Below are positions 28,757-39,168 of a stretch of DNA of 64,000 bases, piece by piece. The stretch comes from an uncultured archaeon. GTDB taxonomy: Archaea; Thermoproteota; Bathyarchaeia; Bathyarchaeales; Bathycorpusculaceae. The stretch's first letter is position 1. Every line of letters starts with the position of its first letter. The position numbers were made by a program, and so were the translations under genes. The notes beneath the pieces are model-generated. The model saw nothing but the letters and a program-made list of their open reading frames with translations. It was not told the origin of the DNA and made no database searches. Where the stretch lies: assembly GCA_963782915.1 (NCBI GenBank), contig CAWALK010000019.1, positions 96,001 through 160,000 on the forward strand. The letters are read 5' to 3'.

Positions 28757-29251
28757 TTATGCTGAGCCTGTTATTACGATATTCATGCCGAAACTTGTTA
28801 CTGAGCCTGTATCGGCTGCTACTGTTAGGGTCAATGTTGCTGGAACAATGTTGCCTGCGGTTAAACTGGTGGCTTCCTTGTTCCATGATAGGGTTAAGAC
28901 TGTGCTTGCTGCTGTTGGGTTCCACTCAGTGGCGTACATGCTTAAGGTTTGAGCGGTGTTGCCGGTGTTTTTAATGTAGATTGTTCTTGAGATAGTTTGG
29001 CCTGGTTGGATGGTTCCCCATTCTATGCTTGTGCATTTAGTTGTTGCATCTGCGTTTGTGTAGATGTCTAGGTTGGTTGTGCCGGTTATGGGCGCTTGAG
29101 TTGGGTCTGGTTCGTTATTGCCGGGTGCCTGAATGGTTCCGCTTGAAGGTAAATTCTGCGAGCTTAACACTGCTGCTGTTACCGCTGTTAAGACAACGGC
29201 TAAAGTGACAAGTGCAACCAGCGGTACGAGGAGTTTTTTGTTTAGGTTCAG
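28757..29251 (-). CDS. Secreted Ig-like protein; frame extends upstream to a CTG, adding a signal peptide
   Basis: In-frame LNLNKKLLVPLVALVTLAVVLTAVTAA upstream of the called GTG; IEWGTIQPG..IYIKNTGN. Confidence 0.7.
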   Translation of the reverse strand: MNLNKKLLVPLVALVTLAVVLTAVTAAVLSSQNLPSSGTIQAPGNNEPDPTQAPITGTTNLDIYTNADATTKCTSIEWGTIQPGQTISRTIYIKNTGNTAQTLSMYATEWNPTAASTVLTLSWNKEATSLTAGNIVPATLTLTVAADTGSVTSFGMNIVITGSA

Positions 29252-29402
29252 TTTGTTCGCCCCTACAAAATAAAATGGTGTATAGCATCTTAATAAACAC
29301 TATACACGATTCATATTAAAAACTGAACTGTACAACAATCCTACAAAAATGAATTACACAAACATATTCATAATATGAATAAAAAATGGTCCCATAGCTA
29401 AC

Positions 29403-32400
29403 CTATTTAGCGCCACCCGCAACTGGCAATTCTACCGTAAAAGTCGCACCCCTACCCTGCTCACTCCTAAACGTAATCGAGCTGTTCTGTGCCTCCATAA
29501 GCCGTTTACACACCGCTAACCCAAAACCCTGACCCTTAGCTTTGGTAGTAAAGAGCGGCTTGAAAATTAGGTCTTTTTGCCCTTCAGGAATACCAACACC
29601 CGTATCTTGAACGTTAACCTCTATTTTGCCATCTTTAGGCTCAACGCTTATAGTAATTTTGCCTCCGTTTGGCATAGCTTGGACACTGTTTGTAAACAGG
29701 TTCAGAAGGGTACGTTGAAGATATGATCGGTCAGTCAATACTTTCGGTGAAGCCTCAGGAATTCGAATGGAAACCTGGACGTTTTGTGGGATTTTAAGGG
29801 TTTTTAACGCCATGTCTATTATCTCTCTAATATTGGAACTTTTTATTTCTGGACAAAGCGGCTTTGCATAATCCTGAAGGTCTGCGGCTATTTTGCTAAT
29901 GTATTCAGTCTGTTGTTCGATGAGGTCTATGCTTTCTTTAAGGCTATTTTTTGATTCTCCTTCAGGCAAATTATCTATCTCTACCTTAGCTAAATACACC
30001 GTTCCAGTAATGCTCTGCAACGGATTGCGGATGTCATGCCCAATCATGCCCGCGGTTTCACCGATGCCTGCCATGCGTTCAGCTTTTTTTAGTTCAATGG
30101 TTCGTTCACGAACAATTTCTTCAAGCTTTATCGTTTGCTGTTTCAGACTATTTTCCAATTTTTTGAGTTCGGTGATTTCGCTTATTATGCCCACTGCGAA
30201 GTTGACTTCGCCTTTTTTGGTGGTTTCAGGGGCTATGTTGTATTGGATAATTTTTATCGCTTTTTTGGTTTTTAGTTCAAACTCGCCCTTTTCAGCTTTT
30301 TTGCCTTCAAAAACCTTGCTTAAGGAGTCAATTAATTGCTGAGAAGGTCCCTTTAGGATATCTACTTCGTTGATTGTTTTGCCAACTGCTTCTTTCGGTT
30401 GTATATCCAGAATTTTTTTTGCAGATGGGCTTAGATAAATAAATTGTAACTTGCTGCTGAACCGTACAATGACCTCTGGCGAGTTTTCGGCGAGTGCACG
30501 ATATTTCTCTGCATCTTGCTGGATTCTGGTTTGCGCCTGCTTAATATCGTCAATATCAATGAAAGCAATCACTGCGCCATCGATTTTCTTTTGCTCGGTA
30601 ACATATGGGCGGATACGTAGTTCATACCATCGCCCTTTCGGGTCTTGCAAATCTAATTTAACAATGGTAAGGCGAGTAACCACGGAAGTTATCATATTTT
30701 CTAAGTCGTTAACGGGAATATTTAGCCGAATATTCATGATTGAGCGTCCAACATCCGTTGGGATGAGGCCCAAAATTTCCTGTGATAGAAGTGTAAATTT
30801 CCTGATTTTTAGGTCATTGTCAACCATGATTATAGGCATATCTATGTTTTTGATAAGGTTTGTTAAGTCGTCGTTTGAACGTGCCAAGTCAGCGTTTCTA
30901 ATCTGTAATTCATCGTTTAAGGTTTTTAATTCTTCATTGCTTGACTGAAGTTCCTCGCGAGCTGTTTCTAATTCTTCGTTTGTGCTTTGGAGTTCTTCGT
31001 TGCTTGATTGGACTTCCTCCATGGCGGCACGTAATTCTTCGTTGGTTCCTTCTTCTTCCTCAATGATTGTTTGTAGCGATTGTTTAGTTGAATCAAGCTC
31101 TTCTCTGAGCTCTTGCATTTGTTTGTCTCTGCTTAACGTTTCGGGAGCAGTTTCAGCAGCAAGTGTTTGAGCAGTGTTGGTCGACTCTTTGAATAATATT
31201 AGGTAAAAGGTGTCATTGAAGTCTTTGGAGGTTACCGGCAATATGTCTAGATTTATTGTTTTGCAGACACCGTTGATTTCGAAAGCCAAATTTTCTATAG
31301 TTACTGGCTTATTTTCTCTTTTAACTCGGTAAATGCCTGCTTGCGCTTCCAGTTTTATTTCTTCGCGAAGCATCTTGCTGATGTTTAGACTTGCTTCCCC
31401 TGATTCCGGAAGAATATACGGTGACAAGTTACCTCGGAAAAGCAGGATATTCAAGTTCTGGTTTACCAGAAGCATGGCTGGAACATACTTGGAAATTACG
31501 ATTTTATCGACTTCTTCCCGAATAGTTGCTAACCTGTCCTTTTTGGGTAATTGAATGGTTGCTGTTTTAGGGGTGGGAATTTGGAAGCTTTCAAATCCAA
31601 GTGTGACTTGAGAGGGCGATTTCTTCTTTATAAAAACTGCCCCTTTCTTCTCTATCGGCGAGAAAAGATCGGTGAATTTTCCGATACTTTCCGATTCTCC
31701 CAACATCAAATACCCATTGGGTTTAAGTGCGTAGCTAAGGATTGGAATCACTCTTTCCTGCAGGGTGGCGTCTAGGTAAATCAGTACGTTTCTGCAACTA
31801 ACTAAATCTATGTTTGAAAAAGGCGGGTCCCTTGTAAGGTCTTGACGTGCGAACACGCATCTTTCTCGGATATATTTGGCAATTTGGTAGCTGCCATTTA
31901 TTCTCTCAAAATATTTTCTTAGCCTATTTTCTGAAACGTCTGTTTCTATGGTTTTAGGGTAAACCGCTTGGCGTGCTTTTTCTATATTTTTCTCGTTAAT
32001 GTCAGTTGCAAAAATTTGAACCAATTGATGAGTCGAGCTTGTTAGCTCCAAAAACTCTTGAAGGGCAATAGCGATTGAATACACTTCTTCGCCTGTGGAG
32101 CAACCCGAAACCCAAATGCGAATTGCAGCATCAGGGGTTTTAGTTCTTAAGATTTCGGGGAATATCCTTTCTTTGAGTACATCAAAGGTGTGTGGTTCTC
32201 GGAAAAAATTTGTGACTCCAATTAGCATATCGCTAAATAACGCTTGGAGTTCTTTTGGATTTGACTGTAAAAAGTTAATGTAGTTTTGAATGTCGTCTGT
32301 GTGGTTGATAACCATGCGTCTGGTGATTCTGCGGCTAATTGTTGCTTCTTTATAGTGGGTGAAATCAACATTGAACGCTGATTTGAGCATGCTAAATATT

Positions 32401-33101
32401 GCTTTATAGTGCTCTTCAGAAGGGGTCTTTGTTGTTTCCCTTTTGGTTATTTCACCGTGGATAATCTGGGGGTGTTCTGAAATTCGGGTTAATTCCTTGG
32501 CAATTGCTTCTGGAGATAAAACGAAATACGCTACTTCTGCTGATATGGCGCTCTGCGGCATACCCGTGTATTGCGCGGTTTGGGGGTCCTGGACAAATGT
32601 TATGCCGCCTTCGTTTTTGATGGCTTTTAATCCTTCTGTTCCATCGGTGCCTGTTCCGCTAAGTACAACTCCGATTGCCTGAATTTTACGTGCGACGGCT
32701 AATGAAACAAGAAAATCATCGATACTTCTTAGGAGTTGCTCCCTTGGATGGAGCTGAAGAGTATTTCCCTCGAAAGTCATTGTTGTGTCTGGTGGAATAA
32801 CGTAGACTTTGTTGGGTTCAACCGTTATGCCGTTGGTTACTTTGTGGACTGGCATGGTTGCGGAGCGGGATAGGATTTCGGTTAGCATGCTTACTTGGCC
32901 TGTTGCGAGGTGTTGGATTATTACGTAGGCGAATCCTGTGTTGGGTGAGAGGTTTTCCAGTAGGGTTTTTAGGGCTTCTAAGCCGCCCGCGGAGGAGCCT
33001 ATGCCGACTATGGGGAAACTATTGATGGTTTTTTCTGCCGTTTCAGGCACCTTTTCGTCTAGTTTGATTTGCCCCTTTGGCTGTGCTGGTTGATTTATCA
33101 A
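29403..33101 (-). CDS. CheB-CheR fusion PAS histidine kinase
   Basis: GIGSSAGG and LSGTGTDG (CheB), GCSTGEE and SCRNVLIY (CheR), coiled coil, PAS, H-box GHDIRNPL, HATPase. Confidence 0.95.
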   Translation of the reverse strand: MINQPAQPKGQIKLDEKVPETAEKTINSFPIVGIGSSAGGLEALKTLLENLSPNTGFAYVIIQHLATGQVSMLTEILSRSATMPVHKVTNGITVEPNKVYVIPPDTTMTFEGNTLQLHPREQLLRSIDDFLVSLAVARKIQAIGVVLSGTGTDGTEGLKAIKNEGGITFVQDPQTAQYTGMPQSAISAEVAYFVLSPEAIAKELTRISEHPQIIHGEITKRETTKTPSEEHYKAIFSMLKSAFNVDFTHYKEATISRRITRRMVINHTDDIQNYINFLQSNPKELQALFSDMLIGVTNFFREPHTFDVLKERIFPEILRTKTPDAAIRIWVSGCSTGEEVYSIAIALQEFLELTSSTHQLVQIFATDINEKNIEKARQAVYPKTIETDVSENRLRKYFERINGSYQIAKYIRERCVFARQDLTRDPPFSNIDLVSCRNVLIYLDATLQERVIPILSYALKPNGYLMLGESESIGKFTDLFSPIEKKGAVFIKKKSPSQVTLGFESFQIPTPKTATIQLPKKDRLATIREEVDKIVISKYVPAMLLVNQNLNILLFRGNLSPYILPESGEASLNISKMLREEIKLEAQAGIYRVKRENKPVTIENLAFEINGVCKTINLDILPVTSKDFNDTFYLILFKESTNTAQTLAAETAPETLSRDKQMQELREELDSTKQSLQTIIEEEEGTNEELRAAMEEVQSSNEELQSTNEELETAREELQSSNEELKTLNDELQIRNADLARSNDDLTNLIKNIDMPIIMVDNDLKIRKFTLLSQEILGLIPTDVGRSIMNIRLNIPVNDLENMITSVVTRLTIVKLDLQDPKGRWYELRIRPYVTEQKKIDGAVIAFIDIDDIKQAQTRIQQDAEKYRALAENSPEVIVRFSSKLQFIYLSPSAKKILDIQPKEAVGKTINEVDILKGPSQQLIDSLSKVFEGKKAEKGEFELKTKKAIKIIQYNIAPETTKKGEVNFAVGIISEITELKKLENSLKQQTIKLEEIVRERTIELKKAERMAGIGETAGMIGHDIRNPLQSITGTVYLAKVEIDNLPEGESKNSLKESIDLIEQQTEYISKIAADLQDYAKPLCPEIKSSNIREIIDMALKTLKIPQNVQVSIRIPEASPKVLTDRSYLQRTLLNLFTNSVQAMPNGGKITISVEPKDGKIEVNVQDTGVGIPEGQKDLIFKPLFTTKAKGQGFGLAVCKRLMEAQNSSITFRSEQGRGATFTVELPVAGGAK

Positions 33102-34078
33102 CTGTTTTCCCCAAGAAAATTACTCCTTATCCTCTTAACCTGCAATGGTTAGATACATCTGTATCAGATACAAAATGTATTTGGGTTACTCCTTAAAGAT
33201 TTATTGGATTTTAATTAAAAGCGTTTGCTCCACAACCAGTCTAAAACCTCCAATAAACGCCGAAATCAAAAGCGACCGCCAACAAGCCCACAGGAAGAAA
33301 ATGAATAAAGTGGGGTCACTCAAATTATCTAATACTAAAACAAACCCCACACGGTCCCAAACCCGCGAATCTAGTCGCCTCTAAAACAACTGCAGACAGA
33401 ACCGCCTTAAAACCCAACAAACCCATAGACGCCCAAACAGAACGATTACAAACGTACACTCCCCAAGCGCCCGCTAGGCAATTGTGGAGACTATAAATAA
33501 GGGGGTAGGGCCCTTAGAGCAAGCTAAAGACCTCACTCCTTTGAGTTGCCTGATGAAAGAAAAAACCTGATTAAGGTTGGTTCGGATTAGGCTAATTTAT
33601 GGTATAGCTGAATCGATAAGGCATAAACAAAATAAAGAAGCCCTTTCAAGTATCTAACAAGTAAGAGGGGCAAAAAGTTTAGCTAGGCGATCCTAACCCT
33701 GCGCTGCGCAAAGCAGAGGCTTAAAATAAGCAGGTGGGCATGAGCCTTCTCCTTCACCAGCAGTTGAACCGCCCAACTTGTTGGCTATCCCTTGCATTCC
33801 TATCAACAGCTAACCCGATTTAGGGATATAAAGAAATGTGGTTACACCCTGATGCAACAAACATTCGCACATCAGGCATGGAATAGCTGTAAAAGATGGT
33901 TACATAACGCTTAAAATAGAAACAAACAACAGCAAACTTTGAGTCAATAAGCGCAATCTCAACCATCCAAAACCAAAATATCTTTCTCCATTTTAAAGAG
34001 ACATGTTAGTGCAAACTATAAATAAAAACACAAGACACAGCATTACATACAGAAACAATTTTTTTGGGGAGCCCACCC

Positions 34079-34315
34079 ATGAACAGAAATGAGGCAGTCA
34101 CTTATCTAAAAGAACTTCTAAACCAATGTAACGATATGTCACCAAACGCTGTATCGTTTGACCAGCTAAGAACCAACGGCTCCATAGATTACAGTGTACA
34201 CATCCGAGGCAGCATCGCCGAATCCGACAGGCAAATTGTGCGTGATATAGCTAAAAAGCAGGGTTTCGCAGTGAAGGATAACTCGGATGGCGTAATAATT
34301 TTTAACCCTACATGA
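34079..34315 (+). CDS. Small hypothetical protein (paralogue of 12350-12622)
   Basis: See 12350; GGGAG SD upstream. Confidence 0.7.
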   Translation: MNRNEAVTYLKELLNQCNDMSPNAVSFDQLRTNGSIDYSVHIRGSIAESDRQIVRDIAKKQGFAVKDNSDGVIIFNPT

Positions 34316-34433
34316 AACGCTTAAACGCTGTGCCACATTGGGGGCACTTGTAGAGTTCGATGCAGAACGCTGAATTCTCGATTTTCCGTTCGGGCGAGGA
34401 TATGGAGCGACCGCAGTGGGGACAATTTACCAT
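34308..34433 (-). CDS. 41-aa CPxCG zinc-finger microprotein
   Basis: MVNCPHCG...YKCPQCG. Confidence 0.7.
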   Translation of the reverse strand: MVNCPHCGRSISSPERKIENSAFCIELYKCPQCGTAFKRFM

Positions 34434-34528
34434 GCAAACAACACTTTTCAAAAATGAGCGCACCTGATGAGATAAAAGGGTATGTTGTAACTTTGTAGTA
34501 ATCACAAATCTTTAACAAAAACTGCCGT

Positions 34529-35122
34529 TTAGGCTTTGGCGGTTTTTAGCCACTCCAAAAAGCCCTCACGAACCGCAGCTGGATTCTCAAATACTCTTAC
34601 ATCTTCGGTTGCCATTAATTTGCGCACTTGATCAGCCTCTTCTTTGCGTACCCGCAGCTTCATCTCTTTACCATTGGGCAATTTAGTGTAGATTATGCTC
34701 TCTTTAAAATCCACCGGCATAATCCAAACAGGAACAAAGGCTTTGAGGCTCATAAGCGCCGCATTCGTAAGCAACGTATCGCTGATACTGTTAACAATCT
34801 TAGCAACAGTATTCGACGAAGCAGGCATAATCAGCAAAAACTCGTACTTGTGACTCTGCACCATACCTGCCAGAAAAGGCGAATTAGAATTCTGCTCCAC
34901 CCAAACCTTAGCAAAACTCTTCTTAAGATCCTCATCCAAACGGTAAAACTTGAGCATAATATCCGCAGCTTTAGAAAGATAAACATCGAATTCCACGACA
35001 CCCTCAGTTTGCTTCTGCAGCTCCTTCATGGTTTCAACGATTTCTTGAATCTTATCGCCGGCACCCGTGATGCCCCAGGCAATTTTCAGTTTTTTAGGTT
35101 TAACTTCACTCATACTATTCAC
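34529..35122 (-). CDS. afpA: Archaeal flavoprotein AfpA family
   Basis: IAWGITGAG, PASSNTVAKIVNSISDTLLTNA, LRVRKEE. Confidence 0.85.
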   Translation of the reverse strand: MNSMSEVKPKKLKIAWGITGAGDKIQEIVETMKELQKQTEGVVEFDVYLSKAADIMLKFYRLDEDLKKSFAKVWVEQNSNSPFLAGMVQSHKYEFLLIMPASSNTVAKIVNSISDTLLTNAALMSLKAFVPVWIMPVDFKESIIYTKLPNGKEMKLRVRKEEADQVRKLMATEDVRVFENPAAVREGFLEWLKTAKA

Positions 35123-35131
35123 CAGTTACCG

Positions 35132-35725
35132 TTACTTTTTGCAGTAAAGCTCCATGTACTCAGCAAAATGCTTCACAGTCTTTTTGAGGCCACGTGCACC
35201 TTCCTCATCCAACTTTACTCCCTCAAGCGTATCTTTACTCCAATAGTTCGCGCCTAAATTTGCGCCGAAAGGTCCGCCCCCGACGGGTATCATGCCGTTG
35301 ATGAGATAGAAAGTGTGGATTTGCCACTGCGCCAACTCTTGACCGCCAGCCCTATCGCCGCCGACGGTGATGCCCATGCCGATTTTGCCCTTGAAAAAGT
35401 TTTTATCAGCTGCTGAGAGTGAGCGCGTTCGGTCCATAACGGTTTTGATTTGTGCACTGACTCCACCATTGTAGACTGGCGACGCAAAAATTATGCCTTT
35501 TGCTTTGGCCAGTAATTCGTAGAGTTCTTCCATGTCATCTTGGATTTGACAATTCTTCTCCTTTAAACAAAAGTCACAATGCGTACAATATTCAAGCCAT
35601 TTACCCCGAACAGTCCAAAGCGCTGTTTCAAAGCCTTTCTCCTTCAACATTGCGAGTGCTTGTTCAAGGACATATTCGGTGGCTTGTTTGCGTGGACTAC
35701 CGCATATACCAACAATCAAGGTCAT
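35132..35725 (-). CDS. Iron-sulfur flavoprotein / multimeric flavodoxin
   Basis: GSPRK, CxxCxxC-x5-C, ASPVYNG, RAGGQE. Confidence 0.9.
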   Translation of the reverse strand: MTLIVGICGSPRKQATEYVLEQALAMLKEKGFETALWTVRGKWLEYCTHCDFCLKEKNCQIQDDMEELYELLAKAKGIIFASPVYNGGVSAQIKTVMDRTRSLSAADKNFFKGKIGMGITVGGDRAGGQELAQWQIHTFYLINGMIPVGGGPFGANLGANYWSKDTLEGVKLDEEGARGLKKTVKHFAEYMELYCKK

Positions 35726-35880
35726 AAAGCAACCACTAAATCTTAAGCATCAATACCCATTAAAGCCTTACCCCACTGCACCACCGAAAGTAACTGTGAG
35801 TAAGCAGTCACACAACTTTATGTTACCCAAATAAGCAACTAAACATGTTTAGGCGTTTCTTTCTTTTAGGAGGTGAATTT

Positions 35881-36231
35881 TTGGTTAAAATCTACGGTAA
35901 GGATGGTAAAGAAACAAAGTTTGACAGAAAAGACGTCGAGGACAACCTTAAAGCGGCTGGTTTACCAGAACGGGTCGCTCAAGAAGTAGCCGAACGTGTG
36001 GAAATGAGAATGGCAGACGGTTGGACAACTGAGAAATTAAATGAGGAAATCGATGTTGAATTAAGACGCCTCCAAGAAGACATCGACCGAGCACATGCCA
36101 CCTACAAAGGCTCGACTTCTATGGGTGCGTATAATGTTGGTGAAACGCGAACTTGGCGGGATAGCGACAATTCTCCAAATGCGCAGCCACGTTCAGAGAC
36201 TAAGGTTGAATGCAGAAATGTCGAGGGATAA
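35881..36231 (+). CDS. Small ATP-cone-like protein
   Basis: KDGKETKFDRKDV...AG...VAQEVA; GGAGGTG SD before TTG at 35881. Confidence 0.65.
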   Translation: MVKIYGKDGKETKFDRKDVEDNLKAAGLPERVAQEVAERVEMRMADGWTTEKLNEEIDVELRRLQEDIDRAHATYKGSTSMGAYNVGETRTWRDSDNSPNAQPRSETKVECRNVEG

Positions 36232-36319
36232 AATTAAAGCTAAAAGCGAAAACAGAGCTTTAATTGATCTTTTTTAAAATAAAAACAAAAAATAAAATGT
36301 TAGGGAAGAGAAGAGTGGA

Positions 36320-38535
36320 TTACTCGTTCTCGAAGTATTCTTCTGCCTTTGGCGCAACTGGTGGTAAGCCTCTGCGCTCGCGAATCTTTTTGATTGTGTC
36401 TGCTTGCATCTGTTCTGGAACGTATGCCCATCTGCTGAACTGTGTTGCCCAGAAAGCTCTGCCTGAAGTTGAACCACGAAGTTCATCAGCAATGCCGAAG
36501 CTTTCGGAAACTGGCATTTCAGCTTTCACAGTGATTATGTCATCTTCTGAGGGCATGTCGAGGATTTTTCCGCGGCGTTTGTTTAGCATTGTAATGACGG
36601 AGCTGACGTATTCGCTTGGAACTTTGCATTCGAAACTCATCAGTGGCTCAAGCAGTTTTGGATTGCTAAGTAGGATTGCGCAGTAGATTGGTCTCCAGGT
36701 CATTGGGATGGCTTGTGCGGGGCCCCGGTGGACTGGGTCTTCGTGGAGGGTAATGTCTTCTAGGTTGATTTTTAGTCCGTAAGCTGGCTCTTTGGCAAGG
36801 GTGAAGTGTGTACTGCTTCTCGGAAACCGCCTTTTATGTGGTCGATGATTTCTTCTACGTATTGGCGTCCACGGATACGGTTGCAGAGTATACAGTTTTC
36901 TTCTACTGCAACTGCTCCTTTGGCATCGTCTGGATCCCAACCCATGGTGCGGAGAATTTTTGTGCGTTCGTCTTTGCTTTGCATGTCGTTAATTTTGTCG
37001 GATTTTATGGCTTCGATGACTTCGTCAGATAGCTTATCGATGGTTATCCAGAGTTTGTTATGTTTGTTGGGGCTTTTACCCATGATTGCTGGACCCTTGT
37101 AGTCATGGCTGATGGTTTCTCTGAAGATGACGATTGGTTTGCTGAGTTTGACTTTGAGGCCTGCTTCTTGCATTCGGTAAGCGGTGATTTCAAGGTGGAG
37201 TTCGCCCATGCCTGAGAGTAGGAATTCGCCTGATTCTTTGTTCATAGTGAAGTGCAAGTTGGGGTCTTCGGTGGTGAGTTTGTGCATGACTTTGTCGAAG
37301 AGTGGTAGGTCTTTGACGTCTTCTGGTTCTACTGCTACGGTGACGACTGGGTCAGAGACATAGCGTAGGCCTTCGAAAGAGTGAACTTCGATTCCTGCTT
37401 CAGCGATGGTTTCGCCGACGTGTAATGCGGGTAAGCCTGAGATAGCGCCGATGTTGCCTGCTGGGACACGGTCGATGAAGACTCGGTCAGTTGCCATGGA
37501 CATGAAGACCTGTTGGATTGTGCCTTTTGAGTTGCCGCTGACTAGTTGGACTTCTTTGCCTTTGGTGATTGCGCCGCTAAAGATTCTGCCGATGGCTACT
37601 GTGCCGCTGTGTGGGTCTACTTCGATGGTGGATATGCACATGAGTAGTGGTGCTTCTGGGTCGACTTTTGCCATGCCGATACCGGTTGCAGATGTTACGT
37701 CGCCTGGCCAAATCTGTGGCTGTCTGTATGGTTGTGCTTGGTATGGGTTGGGTAAGTGTTGGCAGAACATGTCAAGGATTGGTTCTGGAAGGGGTGCTTT
37801 CTTGCTGAGTTCGTCGACTTTGCGTCCAACGTCAATTGGGTCACCAGTGTAGGCGTCGATGATGTCTTGGAAGCTGACTTTCTTCATCTTCATGTGGTCA
37901 AGGTTTAAACCCCACTTGTGCAGGGCTGAACCGAAAGCAACACGACTGTCTTCGATGCGTACTTGCCAGTCTTGTTTGTGTTCTGCTGGAGCGTACTTCT
38001 CGATTAGAGTGTTAACTCTTAGGAGAATCTTTGCGAATTTCTTCTGAATCTCAGCTGGTGTTAATTTGATTTCTTTGATTAAGCGGTCAACTTTGTTGAT
38101 GAATAGAATTGGTTTAACACGTTCTCGTAGAGCTTGCATAAGGACGGTTTCTGTTTGGGTCATTGGTCCTTCTACTGCGTCTACTACGACGAGTGCGCCG
38201 TCGACTGCTCTTAGGCTTCTGGTAACTGCGCCTGAGAAGTCGATGTGGCCGGGTGTGTCGATTAGGTTAATGAGGTAATCTTGTCCGTTGAAAGTGTGGA
38301 CTAAGCTGACGTTTGAGGCGAAAACGGTCATTTGACGTTTTTGCTCAAGATCCCATGAGTCAAGGAATAGTTTTTGTCCTGCAGTCTGTGTGCTAATGAT
38401 GCCTGCATGAGCCAAAAGACTGTCTGATAGGGTTGTTTTTCCGTGGTCAACGTGTGCGATGATGCTGGTGTTGCGAATAATCGTTGGGTTATTCATCAGT
38501 TTAACTATTTCGTCTGTTTGTCTATAACGCGCCAT
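36320..38535 (-). CDS. Elongation factor 2 homologue, probably the aEF-2p paralogue; one frameshift near 36800
   Basis: AHVDHGKTT, DTPGH, NKVD, GMGELHLE, HEDPVHRGPAQ; RQMTV in place of RGITI; no rpsL/rpsG/EF-1A neighbours. Confidence 0.9.
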
Positions 38536-39168
38536 AATTATGCGTTCTCCATTTTGTATGAAATTTTACTTTTAAATGCTTGTTTTTTGATTATTTGAAG
38601 CATTATTTGATCTCTCATGAAAGTGGTAAACTACAGGGAAATTGAGTTTGTAGCCTATTAACTTTATGGCAATAATTTTTGAAACAATTGGGCACAAAAC
38701 ACCCCCTAAAACCAAGCCGAAAAGGGTTTTTCGATAGCAACTTAACTATAGAACGCACGTTTTATCAAGCAAGATAGCGATTGAGTGGACTTTGCAAGAT
38801 GGCAAAGCCTAATTCGCAAAAAGGAATAAATCTACTTTGATTTTCTATAGACAAAGAAAAAGTGTTGTTTAAGGAGAAAAAAACAGTTGCACAGCCAAGC
38901 TCTTGCAGTTAATGCATGTTTAAAGTTGTCTTTTTCGCGGTTAAAGGAGCCTTTGTCCCCGATTAGTTTAAATGCAACATTGCCCAATAACCAAAAATTA
39001 ATCCTTAAAAAATTGACTATGTAAACGCTGAGGATATGAATGCGCCCTAATACAGTTTCAGTGCATGGGAATAATAAATTCTTTAATTACCCCTTAACTC
39101 CAACCGTTGTATTTATCATTGGAGTTATTCATAACTCGCCGGTTTTCTGAGGTTTTGGCGGAATAAGT

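Noticed and set aside
34628-35257. 209-aa + strand ORF and other long antisense ORFs over kinases, EF-2 and the ATPase
   Set aside because: Overlap well-supported genes on the opposite strand and lack motifs
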